A DNA stretch of 47,017 nt from an uncultured Planctomycetota bacterium (GTDB taxonomy: Bacteria; Planctomycetota; Planctomycetia; Pirellulales; Lacipirellulaceae). The notes under the pieces were generated by a model. The model saw only the letters and a list, made by a program, of their open reading frames with translations, ran no database searches and was not told the origin of the DNA. The stretch is taken from the NCBI GenBank assembly GCA_963719315.1, contig CAVRBU010000007.1:1-47017 (forward strand). Reading direction: 5' to 3'. A program made the position numbers and the translations under genes. Of the stretch, positions 1 through 10,986 are shown piece by piece (position 1 is the first letter of the stretch; every line of letters starts with the position of its first letter).

Positions 1-2
1 CT

Positions 3-1367
3 ACGTTCTGGGCCAGCAACACCGGCGCGACGCAGGTTATCACACAGCCATTTCTCGGCGTCGAACGCATTTACCAGACCGAAACATCGCCGAGACCGCT
101 GAAAATAAACGTTGCGATCATCGACTTGACGGTGCCCGGCATCAGCTTTGAAATGACGCCGTGCGCCGCGAATTATCCTGGGCGAATTATCAATGGAAGC
201 CCTGGCGAGACGGTTCGACAAACGACGCGTCAATTTGCCGATGCGGTCGGAGCCCAGGTGGCGATTAATGGTTCTTATTATGCATCGCTCACGCAAAACG
301 GCGTGAATTGGGCCAACAACCTCGGCCTCACCGCTTCCAACGGCGATCACTATTCGCCGTGGGAGAATCCATTCAGTACGACGGACTTCCGGGACGCTCT
401 GAACATATCGCAAAACAATCAGGCGTTAATCGTTAAAATGCCTGGCAGTATTCCCACCGGCTTCGAAACCAATCCGCCCGTGACTCTGTACAACACGGTA
501 ACGGGGTTCGGTCGTCTGGTTCAAAATGGCGTCAATGTGGCGGCGAGTTCCTGCAGCCCGTGCGGGCTTAATCCGCGGACAGCCGTCGGCGTAACGGCCG
601 ACAACAAGTTGGTGATGATGGTCGTCGATGGCCGGCAAACCGGTTACAGCGAGGGCCTGACGATGATCGAAACGGCGAACTTCATGATGAACTACGGCGC
701 CGTCGATGCAATCGACCTCGACGGCGGCGGCTCGAGCACCATGGTAATGAACTTCTACAATGACGCATCGGCATCACAGGTATTGAACACGCCATCGGAC
801 GGAACGGAGCGCGCGGTTGGCGACAACCTCGCCGTCTTTGCGCTCCCCAACGGAGACTACAACAAGAATGGCCTCGTAGATGCGGCCGACTATGTCGTGT
901 GGCGGAAATCGATCGGCGGGCGACTCGCCTACGACGCCTGGCGATTGCAATTCGGCAACGCGGCGAGCGGCCTTGGCAGCGGTTCAATCGTGCCCGAGCC
1001 AGCCGCGCCGGCAATTGCCATTTTGGCCTATCTCATTTCTATGAGTCTGCGGGTTTGTCCCACCAGTTCGGCTGTTCGCGTTAACGCCGGCCGCTCCGCG
1101 CGAATTAAAAAACGCGTCCCTAGCGCATTTTTGCTTGACAAACTCACTCCCCAAAGGATAACCAAGGCACGAGCCTACGGGCGGATCCGTAGCGGGAACT
1201 GTGGGGCGAATCGAATCTGCGCTGGTTCCAACCTCAGCCTATACGAGAAATGGTGGTTAATTTTGGGAGACGCTAATGAAGAACTTTCTTGCTGCAATCA
1301 CCCTCGCGCTGTGCTTCGTTGGTCTGGCAGCGGCGCAGGGAGTTGTGCCTTGGTTCGACGACTTTGA
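3..1367 (+). CDS. Phosphodiester glycosidase (NAGPA-like) family protein with dockerin-like module and PEP-CTERM; 5'-truncated by the window edge
   Basis: Frame is open from nt 3. Motifs AINGSYY, NPRTAVG, VVDGRQ, DLDGGGSSTM and RAVGDNL; GDYNKNGLVDAADYVVWR; VPEP plus hydrophobic segment near nt 990-1050. The real end is probably near 1085, since the extension overlaps the next promoter and gene. Confidence 0.8.
   Translation, partial: TFWASNTGATQVITQPFLGVERIYQTETSPRPLKINVAIIDLTVPGISFEMTPCAANYPGRIINGSPGETVRQTTRQFADAVGAQVAINGSYYASLTQNGVNWANNLGLTASNGDHYSPWENPFSTTDFRDALNISQNNQALIVKMPGSIPTGFETNPPVTLYNTVTGFGRLVQNGVNVAASSCSPCGLNPRTAVGVTADNKLVMMVVDGRQTGYSEGLTMIETANFMMNYGAVDAIDLDGGGSSTMVMNFYNDASASQVLNTPSDGTERAVGDNLAVFALPNGDYNKNGLVDAADYVVWRKSIGGRLAYDAWRLQFGNAASGLGSGSIVPEPAAPAIAILAYLISMSLRVCPTSSAVRVNAGRSARIKKRVPSAFLLDKLTPQRITKARAYGRIRSGNCGANRICAGSNLSLYEKWWLILGDANEELSCCNHPRAVLRWSGSGAGSCALVRRL
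1135..1163 (+). promoter_or_regulatory. Putative sigma70 promoter for the 1276 gene
   Basis: Perfect TTGACA at 1135-1140, weak -10 downstream, GGAG RBS before ATG 1276. Confidence 0.35.
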
Positions 1368-2087
1368 TCCGGCACCTCATGCCACCTACGTGCCCTGGCC
1401 TGGCACGCCCTCCGACCTTTTGGCCAGTGACACTGCCCATGCACTAAGCGATGGTCACTCGGTTCGGGCCTTTGACACTGATCCAGGCAACTGGACCTCG
1501 AGCTACGCGCTGACGAATGATGTACAAACGGCTACAAAGGTTACCTCGCGACGGACGTGTACGTTTGGGATGACAACAGCGTCGCCAATACCGGTGCGAC
1601 GCCGGTCAATGCCATGCTGGCGTATGTCGGCGCCAATGGTAGCACGACTCCCGGCTTTGGCACAGATTACGCCGAACTGGGAATCATCTCGGGCAACGCC
1701 GCGAATGTCGACAACTGGGTTGTGCGTGTGCGCAGCTACGACCAGGCGAATGGTACAACCTGGTTCGATACGGGTGTCAGTCGCGCCTCGCTGGCCCAGA
1801 CTTGGACCCATCTGCAGATCGTCGCGGATGCCTTGCCCTCGGCGGGCGGAGACGGCCTGTTCCATTTTTTTATTAATGGCAATGAGGTCGTCAGCAACAC
1901 GACGAATTTGTCTCGTAATACCGCCGTAGGCGAGCAGTGGGTCCGCATCGGAAGCAACTCCAAGACTTACGAGAACTTCTGGTACGACAACTTTAGCGTC
2001 GTCCCCGAACCATCGAGCGTGGTCCTCCTAGGTCTGGGACTCGTTGGATTCGTCGGCTGCGAGCGTCGCCGTCGTTGCGCAGGCTGA
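1276..2087 (+). CDS. Secreted PEP-CTERM protein of unknown function (frameshift near 1545)
   Basis: Signal peptide in ORF 1276. The C-terminal part in ORF 1557..2087 ends VPEPSSVVLLGLGLVGFVGCERRRR. Paralog of the next gene (WVRIGxNxKxYENFWYD). Confidence 0.8.
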
Positions 2088-2211
2088 CTGCTTCGGCGAT
2101 TTATTTAAGATCGCATATTGAACTCCAGACGGCCGCAGCGGACGCCTTCGCGATCTGCTGCGGCTGTTTCGGCTTTGCGAGAACCGTGCTTCGAATCGGG
2201 TGCTTCCCGTG

Positions 2212-3174
2212 ATGCGAATTCCGCTTGCCGCTTTATGCCTGACAGCGTTGTTGGCCGCGCCGGCGCGGACCGCACTTTTCTCCGACAACTTCGAAGCCGG
2301 CGTCCGCGGCACGGTTTGGACGCCCTGGCCCCCGGCGAACCCGAGCGGCATCAACAACCTCGTAACGACTGATAGCGGCGTCGATCACACGCCAGGCGGC
2401 ATGCAATCCGCCCGCGCCTGGGAATCGGACCCCGCGGCTTGGAATGGCTACGCCGATTTCGGGGCGACCTCCACTTCGATTCGGGCCTATGTGTACGTGT
2501 ACGAAAATCTCCACTTACCGGGAACCGACCCGGCTAAGCCAGTTTCGAATATGCTCGCTCTGTTCGGCGATACGGCATCCGGACCAGACGCTTTTTCCGA
2601 CTATCTGGAATTCGGCGTTGTGCCTTTTTATCCAGGTGGCAGCCAGAACTACGGGTACCGAACGCTGTATGCGGATACGCTGGCCGGTGGGCTGGCCGCG
2701 GTCGATACGGGAGTTGCCCGGAAGTTTGGCTGGACCAAACTGAGCATCGAGGTGGACTCGTTGGCGGTGGGCGGCGCCGTACGATTTCTTATCGATGACA
2801 CGTTGGTGGGCAGCTCCTTCCGCGCTGGCGCCACCGTCGGCGCCGGCGGCTTGTCGCCCGTCGATCTGCGTTGGGTTCGCATCGGAAACAACAACAAGTC
2901 GTACGAGAACTTCTGGTACGACGATGTATCCGTCATCTCGCTGAATGGCGATTACAGCGATGACGGCGCTGTGGATGCGGCCGACTACGTCGTTTGGCGG
3001 AACTCAATGGGCGGACAGGCTGCGTATGATATCTGGCGGCAACACTATGGTTCCGCCGTCGGAAATGGCGTTAGCTTCGGCACCAGTAGTGCCGTACCGG
3101 AACCAAATCGTTGGCAAGTTGCCGTGATTGCGCTCCTTGTCCTGCTGTCACTTCGTATAGGAATTCGGTCGTGA
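2212..3174 (+). CDS. Secreted PEP-CTERM protein with dockerin-like module, paralog of 1276..2087
   Basis: Signal peptide, LFSDNFE, WVRIGNNNKSYENFWYDD, GDYSDDGAVDAADYVVWR, VPEP plus TM segment. Confidence 0.85.
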   Translation: MRIPLAALCLTALLAAPARTALFSDNFEAGVRGTVWTPWPPANPSGINNLVTTDSGVDHTPGGMQSARAWESDPAAWNGYADFGATSTSIRAYVYVYENLHLPGTDPAKPVSNMLALFGDTASGPDAFSDYLEFGVVPFYPGGSQNYGYRTLYADTLAGGLAAVDTGVARKFGWTKLSIEVDSLAVGGAVRFLIDDTLVGSSFRAGATVGAGGLSPVDLRWVRIGNNNKSYENFWYDDVSVISLNGDYSDDGAVDAADYVVWRNSMGGQAAYDIWRQHYGSAVGNGVSFGTSSAVPEPNRWQVAVIALLVLLSLRIGIRS

Positions 3175-3277
3175 AAGTCGACCAGGATGACGCTTCCTCT
3201 CGTGGAAGTTATCGCCCGACAACGGGCAATTGTCGGGCTCTGCTGATGCATGGCTGAGCAGCTGCCCGATTGGAATC

Positions 3278-5155
3278 CTAATTGGTTTTTGCCAGAAGCT
3301 CGAGCAGTACGATGGAATTTGCCATCATGTCTCGATCGTAAGTAAACGCTGCGTCTTGTATGCTTCCGCTGTTGGTCATTTCCAAGTCGCATCGATTCAC
3401 GTCGGTAAAGATGTTGCTGTGCGATGAATCGATGACTGACTCTTGCCACTTCCCGCCGGCCAGGGAAACCGGAAGTTTGCCCATTTCCAATTGAACGTGT
3501 CGGCGAATCGGGTAACGATCCCGGAAATTCACCAGGACAATCGCCAGTCGATTTTGTTTAGCGTCCCAAGCGGCGACCGCACAAATGTCGTCGTCGCCCC
3601 CGCTCACTTTAACCCACTCACCGCTAAGTGAGTTGAAGATGCGGGCCATGTTGAACGTTGGCTTGGGCCGGTTGCCTTGCATGAGGATGCTAAAATCCCC
3701 GCGGAAGGTCATGTCGCCCTGCTTGACGTAGAACAGGCAGGGCCGGTCAATTTTCTTGGGAATCATTGCCCGAATCATGCCGTTGGCACACCAGGCGGCC
3801 CCCAATTCATGATCCTGAGGTCGGTCGGTCCACCAGGCTTCATTCCATTCGGTGATCATAAAGCTCTTTACGCTCTCGCGCAGCGTGGGGAACCCCGCAA
3901 GATAGTCGCGGAACGCATCGGCCTCCTTGGCGATCATGTCCGCAGGTTGAAAGTATTCGTGCCAACTCACGAAGTCCAACGGAAGCTTTTCCTGCTGGCA
4001 CCACAGCATCAGTCCGCGGGCAAATCCTTTGCCGTGGATGCACTGCCCATATTCGCTGTTTTCGAATGGGCCGCTGGCTAATGCCGGTCCGCCCACCTTG
4101 GCCTTGCTGTCGCCGCGCAGAACGCCTCGCACCGTCGCGCGGTAGAGTTTGGCATAGGCCTCGAATCGCCGCACGATCTCGTGATCCGGCTCATCCTTAC
4201 CGAGCGCTTCGTGATAGAGCTTTTTGAACTCTTCGGACCCGGTGTCGTTAGGACCCGGCTTGATCCAGCCGCTGTTCGCTTCGTTCCAGACTTCCCAATA
4301 GGTCACCGGTTTGCCTCGTTCGCGGCTGTGTTTGGCGGCCTGGTAGCAAAGTTCCTCCCACGCATCGTAGTCATTCGGGGCACTCTGGCGATCGTTGTTT
4401 GGCACGGCGTCGAGGACTTGCGGCATGTACGACGCGGCAAAGATGGGATCCGCGCCTATCTTGTAAATGAAGTCCACGCGCTTATCGAATTCGCTCCAGT
4501 CGTACACGAACTTGCCGTCCGCGTCCTTCTTGAGTGCTTGAGTAAGCACATTGTCGGTACGCAACCATTTGAAGCCGCCCTCTTTCAGCTTGGCAGCCGT
4601 CGCGTCCTCGTAGTCGGACAAACCGCCGCCCTGGCTCAAGCCGATCAGTCCATTCGGTACGTGCCCCATCTTGGAACTCACGTCCACCGATAGTTTCACG
4701 GGCTCGATGCGATCGCTTGAGATGATCACCATCTTGGCTTCATCGAATTTTCCGCCCCCTTGGACCACTCCGAAGACCTGCACTGCTACCGGCACTTTTT
4801 GCCTTGGCGTGGCCTTGTCGGTCAGAATCACCACGAGGGGGTGATCGTTGTCGTAACGGCCCTGCAACTGGCCAGCCACATAAACTTCCCCGCCATCGCC
4901 GCCACTGACTTGCATTCCTACGGTTTTGCCCGCAGTATGCTGGCCATCGATGATTTCCGGAATCTCAATATCAGCAGCCAGCCAGCGGAATCGCTGATCT
5001 GGTGGCAATTTGTCGCCAACCTTGATTTCGTTGCCTCCGCTAGGGAAATTATCCGGAAGGTTTTGGTGGCTGTCCGAATCGGATGCAACCCGCCACTGCC
5101 CCGAGGCAGGCACCACCATCGCTACACAAATCATCAGACAAACTGCGGACTTCAT
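3278..5155 (-). CDS. Glycoside hydrolase family 39-like (clan GH-A) with N-terminal beta-sandwich domain
   Basis: Signal peptide; YWEVWNE (acid/base), KVGGPA, LDFVSWHEY, ITEWN (nucleophile), PKPTF. Confidence 0.8.
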   Translation of the reverse strand: MKSAVCLMICVAMVVPASGQWRVASDSDSHQNLPDNFPSGGNEIKVGDKLPPDQRFRWLAADIEIPEIIDGQHTAGKTVGMQVSGGDGGEVYVAGQLQGRYDNDHPLVVILTDKATPRQKVPVAVQVFGVVQGGGKFDEAKMVIISSDRIEPVKLSVDVSSKMGHVPNGLIGLSQGGGLSDYEDATAAKLKEGGFKWLRTDNVLTQALKKDADGKFVYDWSEFDKRVDFIYKIGADPIFAASYMPQVLDAVPNNDRQSAPNDYDAWEELCYQAAKHSRERGKPVTYWEVWNEANSGWIKPGPNDTGSEEFKKLYHEALGKDEPDHEIVRRFEAYAKLYRATVRGVLRGDSKAKVGGPALASGPFENSEYGQCIHGKGFARGLMLWCQQEKLPLDFVSWHEYFQPADMIAKEADAFRDYLAGFPTLRESVKSFMITEWNEAWWTDRPQDHELGAAWCANGMIRAMIPKKIDRPCLFYVKQGDMTFRGDFSILMQGNRPKPTFNMARIFNSLSGEWVKVSGGDDDICAVAAWDAKQNRLAIVLVNFRDRYPIRRHVQLEMGKLPVSLAGGKWQESVIDSSHSNIFTDVNRCDLEMTNSGSIQDAAFTYDRDMMANSIVLLELLAKTN

Positions 5156-5561
5156 TGGGCACCTCGGGAAATGCCACAACCAAACGGCTACGGCTAGTGT
5201 TTATCGACCCGTCTTCAATTTCCGCACCTCAACCGCGATGGCTTCTTCAGCCGTTCGTCCGGGATTTGCGCGAAGAGATCTTCAACTCTCGCTATGTCAA
5301 CCTGTGCTCAATGAGAGTGAACCCTACTTCGCCTTCACAGGTCGTTCGACCTTCATTAGGAATCTCGCCGGATCGCTTCGCTTCGATAGACGGTATCCAT
5401 TTGCTGGATTGCGATGCATCAATATGTCGCAGAGCACCGCCCATTTGCGAGGCATGCTCCCCCAAACAATACTCGCACCAAAACATATACGTCTAAAGTA
5501 TCAAATTCCTCGGCATCTCACAGGGTGATCGAAGGGAATTCGTCAATAATAATAGTTCGCG

Positions 5562-6273
5562 ACGCCGGATCCAGCCCCATGACGAGCGCCACGATCCCGT
5601 CGATCCACTCGCAGCTCTTTTTCTTGGACGGCTTCCAATTGTCGGCCGCGTCCTGCTCGATCGAGACGCTGCCGGCCAACCGCGGCAGTACCAGGTGCGC
5701 GCCACCTAAACCTTCTTCCCTTCAGCCAGCCTTCCACTCCGCCGCCGTCCGCACCACCGTCCGCCGCTTTACCACGGTCGCTTGCGTCCCCGGCAACACC
5801 GCGCCCAAGATTGAAGCCCCCACTGCGCACCCCACGATCCCGTCCCACCAATGGTTGTCCGTCCGCTCGGGCCGCTGCTTCCACTCATCGACCACCCTCC
5901 CCCGCCCCTCCGTCTTCACGCGATACTCCGAGAGGAGATGCTCGATCAAGAGCCGATGCGCATCGGCCCGTTCCCCGAACAACGAAAGCCCGCCCGGGTC
6001 ACCCATGGCCACGGCCAGCCGCGCATAGATAAATGATTTCCAGAAGTTGGCATCGAATAGCACGTGCCGAATCGCTCGTTTCCCTTGAACGCTTGGCATC
6101 CGCCAATTGTGGCCGACCTGCTCACCGGGTTTGCGCTTGTATTCGGAGAACGGCAGGCTCGACGCGCCCACGAACCGCCCGTGACAGGGCGTGAGGATGC
6201 TGGCATACGTCGATTGCCGGCAGAATTCGTAGACGCTGTCCGTCGAGTTACCCCAATTGGCATCAATGAGGCA
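5562..6273 (-). repeat. Direct repeat copy A (~710 bp) of 36692..37404: 3' end of GpA terminase plus downstream terminase remnant
   Basis: Manual alignment gives near identity, with mostly synonymous differences and a 2-bp deletion near 5730. Confidence 0.95.
5706..6273 (-). pseudogene. C-terminal fragment of phage terminase large subunit (GpA family)
   Basis: CLIDANWG...DNHWWDGIVGCAV matches the last ~190 aa of ORF 36835..39120. No 5' part is present. Confidence 0.9.
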
Positions 6274-6279
6274 ATTGGT

Positions 6280-6409
6280 CTCCCCGTAAGGAACCCTCTT
6301 CGTAACAATACTCTCTTTTGCGATTCTTTTAAGTGCTTGTCGCACAGGCAGTTGCTGAGTTCGAGACCCTTTCGGTGGGTGCTGAACGGAAGCAACCGTC
6401 TACGAACTT
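6280..6409 (+). other. 130-bp att-like recombination site, copy A
   Basis: Gapless alignment with 22808..22937: CTCCCCGTA...TAA-N4-TTG...GAGTTCGAG...CGGTGGG-N-GC-N-GA-N-CGGA-N12-CGAACTT. Confidence 0.6.
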
Positions 6410-6477
6410 ATCATGTTCGGGTTAACAACAATCGTGTTTGCGCGCTTGCTCGGAGCGATCGCCGCCGAGGACAACGC

Positions 6478-6521
6478 CCCATAACCTGGCAGTCACAGGT
6501 TCGAATCGCGCTCCCTCCACT
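6478..6521 (+). pseudogene. Degenerate 3' half of a tRNA-Met (CAT anticodon); att-scar-like
   Basis: CCCATAACCTGGCAGTCACAGGTTCGAATC...CCACT: CAT anticodon loop and T-loop GTTCGAATC. No recognisable 5' half. Confidence 0.6.
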
Positions 6522-6560
6522 TGTTTTGACGGTAGCGAAACTAACCTACCGTTGGGTTAT

Positions 6561-6598
6561 ACGAAAAGCCATCGCCTTCGGGCGGTGGCTTTTTTCGT
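6561..6598 (+). terminator. Rho-independent (possibly bidirectional) terminator
   Basis: AAAAGCCATCGCC-TTCG-GGCGGTGGC-TTTTTT. Confidence 0.85.
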
Positions 6599-7060
6599 TC
6601 TTACGCCAAGTCTCGCAACATCTTGCGACGTGGAGAATGGCCCAGTTGTCTCTCCCGTCTCGTCGCGCATGGCGCCCGATTTGGCAATTTCACCGTTCAT
6701 AGCCCGTCGGTCGGGCCCTAAGTCTCGGTTGTCTCTGAGTCTCTCTTGCTTTGGGTTAATGGCTGTTGCGAGTGCTCAATCGGTCGCAACTGGGGTGGCT
6801 GTTCGATACCGCTTCCCAAATACTGCCGCTCCCACGGTAAGGTGACATCTTGAATTCGCGGATGCGATCATGGTTCCGCCAGGCGGGAAACGTCGCTCAG
6901 ACTGGCCAATTGGGCAGATGTGCCGGATTTGGAACCCTTTTCGACGCTCAATTCGCTGGCATCCCAGCCTTTGACGCGACCCTCGCAATCCCTTAGGCGC
7001 TATTCCTTTGCCGACCGGCTATAATCATGCCGTCCGGTCGAGGCATCGAAAGTCGCGTCT

Positions 7061-7651
7061 ATGGACGACGTTACTCAGATCTTGTCGCATATCGAGCGCG
7101 GTGATCCTGCCGCCGCGGAGCAGCTACTGGTTCTGGTTTACAATGAGTTGCGTCGGCTAGCGGCGCAGAAGCTCTCCCGGGAAAAGCCGGGGCAGACGCT
7201 TGATGCTACGGGGTTGGTTCACGAAGCTTACTTGCGATTGTTCGGCGGCAACGGTAAGGGCGAAGGCGAACCGCGTCATTGGGACAGTCGGGGACACTTC
7301 TTTGCGGCGGCGGCCGAGGCCATGCGGCGGATCTTAATCGAAAACGCCCGCCGCAAGAAGCGCGTGAAGCACGGCGGCGACCGCCAGCGAGTCGAATTGC
7401 TGGATCAGGGTTTGGCAATCCGTGATTCACCCGACGAACTGCTCGCCTTGGATGCCGCCCTGACGAATCTGGCCTTGGAGGACCCGGCCGCAACGCAATT
7501 GGTGAAGCTACGTGTGTTCACCGGCCTATCGATTGAACAGGCGGCTGAAGTGCTTGGCTATTCGCGTGCAACTGCTTACCGACACTGGAATTACGCGCGG
7601 GCCTGGCTCCGCTGCGAGGTCGATGGGCACGGCGACTCGACAGGGTCTTGA
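7061..7651 (+). CDS. ECF RNA polymerase sigma factor, TIGR02999/ECF43-like (kinase-associated)
   Basis: DVTQIL, LVYNELRRLA, QTLDATGLVHEAYLRL, HFFAAAAEAMRRILIENARRK, WNYARAWL. Confidence 0.93.
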   Translation: MDDVTQILSHIERGDPAAAEQLLVLVYNELRRLAAQKLSREKPGQTLDATGLVHEAYLRLFGGNGKGEGEPRHWDSRGHFFAAAAEAMRRILIENARRKKRVKHGGDRQRVELLDQGLAIRDSPDELLALDAALTNLALEDPAATQLVKLRVFTGLSIEQAAEVLGYSRATAYRHWNYARAWLRCEVDGHGDSTGS

Positions 7652-7669
7652 GAAACCTCTTCGATTTCG

Positions 7670-7696
7670 TGAGACAAACCGGCCCGGACGTTGCAT
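7670..7696 (+). promoter_or_regulatory. Putative ECF promoter copy 1 (TGAGAC-N16-TGCAT) upstream of the kinase
   Basis: Same motif and spacing at 10987 and 13186. Confidence 0.7.
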
Positions 7697-7736
7697 AGCA
7701 TGATGGTTGGACAAACCCGAAGAAAAAACTGCCGCG

Positions 7737-10712
7737 ATGGCCGATCCGAACAACGTCAAATCGATCTTCCTGGCTGCCAGCGAAAAGCCTGCGGCCGAAC
7801 GGTCCGCGTTCTTGGACGAGGCCACCGGGAGCGACACCGCTCTCCGAGTGCGGGTCGAAGCATTGCTCAAGGCCCACGATAACCCCGACAGCTTCCTGAA
7901 CGGAGCGGCCGCGGATTTTGGCGCCACGGTCGAACTGTCTCCCGCTGAGCCGCCGCTGGCCGAGCGGCCCGGCACACTCATTGGTCACTACAAATTGCTC
8001 GAGCAGATCGGCGAAGGCGGGATGGGCGTGGTCTACATGGCCGAGCAGCAAACGCCGGTTCGCCGCCGCGTCGCGCTCAAGGTGATCAAGACGGGCATGG
8101 ACACCTGGCAGGTGATTGCCCGGTTCGAGGCCGAGCGCCAGGCCTTAGCCCTGATGGATCACGCAAACATTGCCGCGCGTGCTCGACGCCGGGGCGACAG
8201 ACTTGGGTCGCCCTTATTTCGTGATGGAGTTGGTCCGCGGCGTACCAATCACTACGTATTGCGACCAGAACAACCTGCCCGTCCACGAGCGGCTGGAGCT
8301 ATTCATCCAGGTCTGCTTTGCTGTGCAGCACGCGCATCAGAAAGGAATCATCCACCGCGACCTTAAACCATCAAACGTGCTGGTCACAATCAACGACGGC
8401 CGGCCTGTTCCGAAAGTGATCGATTTCGGCGTGGCCAAGGCGACGGGCCAGCGGCTCACGGAAAGAACGCTGTTTACGGCCTTCGCCCAGATGGTTGGCA
8501 CGCCGCTCTACATGAGCCCGGAGCAGGCGGAGATGACCAGCCTCGACATCGATACTCGCTCGGACATCTATTCGCTGGGAGTGCTGCTGTATGAACTCTT
8601 GACCGGCACGACGCCGTTTGACCAGGAGCGGATGCGCGCTGCGGCTTTCGACGAAATCCGCCGCATCATTCGTGAAGAGGAGCCACCCAAGCCCAGCACA
8701 CGGATTAGCACATTGGGCGAGTCCCGCACTGCCACAGCAGCTCATCGCCAGGTAGAATCCCACCGGCTGAGCCGGCTCATCGAGGGCGACCTCGACTGGA
8801 TCGTGATGAAGGCGTTGGACAAGGACCGCACGCGGCGTTACGACACCGCCAGCAACTTCGCTGCAGATGTGTTGCGCCATCTTAGCGATCAGCCAGTCGA
8901 AGCGGGTCGTCCAACCCGGATGTACCGGCTGAAAAAGTTCATTCGCCGCAATAAAGTTGGCGTACTGACCGGCTCGGCCATACTCGCGGCTTTGCTCATC
9001 GGCTTGACCCTCGCGTCGATTGGCTTCCTCCAGGCGCGGCGCCAAGCCGCTCGCGCCGACCTTGAGACAAACATAGCGCTCACCCAGGTAGCCAAGGCTA
9101 CCACTATCAGCGACCTCCTACAAACGATGCTGCAATCGGCTAATCCCGACGCAGCCCGGGGAGCCGATTACAAGGTCCGCCAGATGCTCGACGATTTTTC
9201 GACCGGGCTGGAAACTCAACTCAAGGACCAACCCGAAACCGAAGCGGCGATCCGGGCGATCATCGGCAACGCATACCGGCAATTGGGATTGACCGACAAG
9301 GCCGAACCGCACCTGAAGGCGGCGCTCGACCTGCGGCAGCAAGTGTTTGGCGCCGATCACGTGTTGATCGTTCGCAGCTTGCTCGACTATGCGTGGATTT
9401 TCAGCGGACGTGGAGATGCTATCGGCGCTGAAAAGTTGGTCCGAGGAGCGCTGGCGATGCAGCAAAGGCTCGCGCTCGGGACGGCCGGCTCATGGTCGAC
9501 AATCTCTATTTTCTGCAGTTGTGCCTCGACGCCCAACGAAGGTACCCGGAAGCTGACGAGGTCGCGCAGCAAGGTTTGATGATTGCTCGTGCGCAACCGC
9601 AGCCGCTCGCCGCAGAAGCCGATATTCTACACACGCTTTCTGGTGAAGCTTCCATGCAGGGCGACTTTACTAAGGCGGAGCGGCTGGCCCGAGAGGCTTT
9701 GGCGCTGCACCGCCAAATAAGCGGCGAGGACTTTGTGGGAACAGCTTGGGGTTGGGAGATTCTGGCGGGCGCGCTCAATCGGCAGAAAAAGTTTGATGAA
9801 GCGGAGAGGTGCTATCGAAAGGCCCTCGAGATCTTCGTCAAGAGCCACGGGTTCTGCCAAGTAAACGTATTATGCGAATTGGCGGGAGTTTTGGACCGCA
9901 AGGGGGATCAGACGAGTCTCGACGAATTGCGACCGCTCGCTGACGCAGAAGAAGAAAAATCGGACGGATACGACTGGCTGAAATTGGATTATCGCGGATC
10001 CCTCCGCGCGAGACTGGGCGAATGGCAAAGGGCGGTGGTTCTTTTTGAAAAGGCAATCGAGCTTGCGCCAGATTATGCGGCCGGCGATCGCGCCGAGATG
10101 GACTATGAATTGGCACTCATCCACCTCCTCGTAGACGACCGTGCCGGCTACCGCGAGACATGCGCATCGGCTCTTAAGCGAGCCCTCCGAGCAGACCCCG
10201 ACCTCGGATATTATCCGGCCTTGGCGTGTGTGGTCGTGCCCGAGGCTGGGATCGACGCCGGCCAACTTGTTGATCTGACCGAACGAGCGGTTAAATCGAG
10301 TCAGATCGATCCCGACTATCTTACAGCATCGGGAGCCGCCCTATATCGCGCTGGCCGCTGGGAGGAAAGTCAACGACGGCTCGTCGTAGCCGTCGATGCT
10401 TACGATTCATTTCACGGAAATATTGCCGGTACTGTAGCCTATGCGCACTTATTTCTCGCCCTGACGAGCCAACGCCTTAAACAGCCTGAGCAAGCGCAAC
10501 AGTGGTTTGATAAGGCAGTTGAAGCGATGAAGACTCCGATGGCAAGCAATGAAAGCAAGCCCGCCGGCTTCTCTTGGGATAAACGCTTTGCGCTGCACCT
10601 TCTGCGGCAAGAAGTCGAACGAGTCCTGAAAATAAACGAGCCGGATGAAATCTCACCTTCGCCGCCGCCAACCGAGAAGCGGTCGGCGAGGTCAGTCAAC
10701 GGAACGGATTGA
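7737..10712 (+). CDS. Membrane Ser/Thr protein kinase with C-terminal TPR repeats (frameshifts near 8173 and 9490)
   Basis: [46 protein letters not shown] segment; TPR-like repeats spread over ORFs 7707, 8170 and 9492. Confidence 0.9.
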
Positions 10713-10986
10713 TGGGCGCAGCCGCGCCACACATCCCTAACTGCATTTATCCACGGCGACTCTCGTTATGACAGCGCTACAACCACGGAAGGGTCACGAA
10801 AATGATCCATTGGGCGATTTCTTGATCACTCTTTGCGTCCGTCGAGACATCGTGGTTCATTTTTCTTGTGATCAAAGGCAACCACCGCTTCGGGTGTAAA
10901 CGCCTGCCCTCCCTTAAGTTGGGCGCGGCCGCTCACCCTGTTGGCAGGGCAACTCCTCGGCCGGTCGGAATTAAATCTGGATTCCG

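Noticed and set aside
1050..1367. Extension of the first gene past its PEP-CTERM as a third polyprotein
   Set aside because: No second hydrophobic segment or AxA site. It runs over a TTGACA promoter and out of frame into the next gene, so a lost stop or indel is more likely.
5180..5520. Short ORFs between GH39 and the repeat
   Set aside because: No motifs or convincing RBS; treated as intergenic.
5562..6273. Terminase repeat pair as a DGR template/variable repeat
   Set aside because: Differences are not adenine-specific and are mostly synonymous, the repeat is too long, and no reverse transcriptase is in the window.
6274..6345. N-terminus MRQALKRIAK of ORF 5722..6345
   Set aside because: It is a chance translation of the att-like site; terminase homology starts at CLIDANWG.
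6440..6521. Complete tRNA gene
   Set aside because: No D-arm or matching acceptor stem; only a decayed 3' half.
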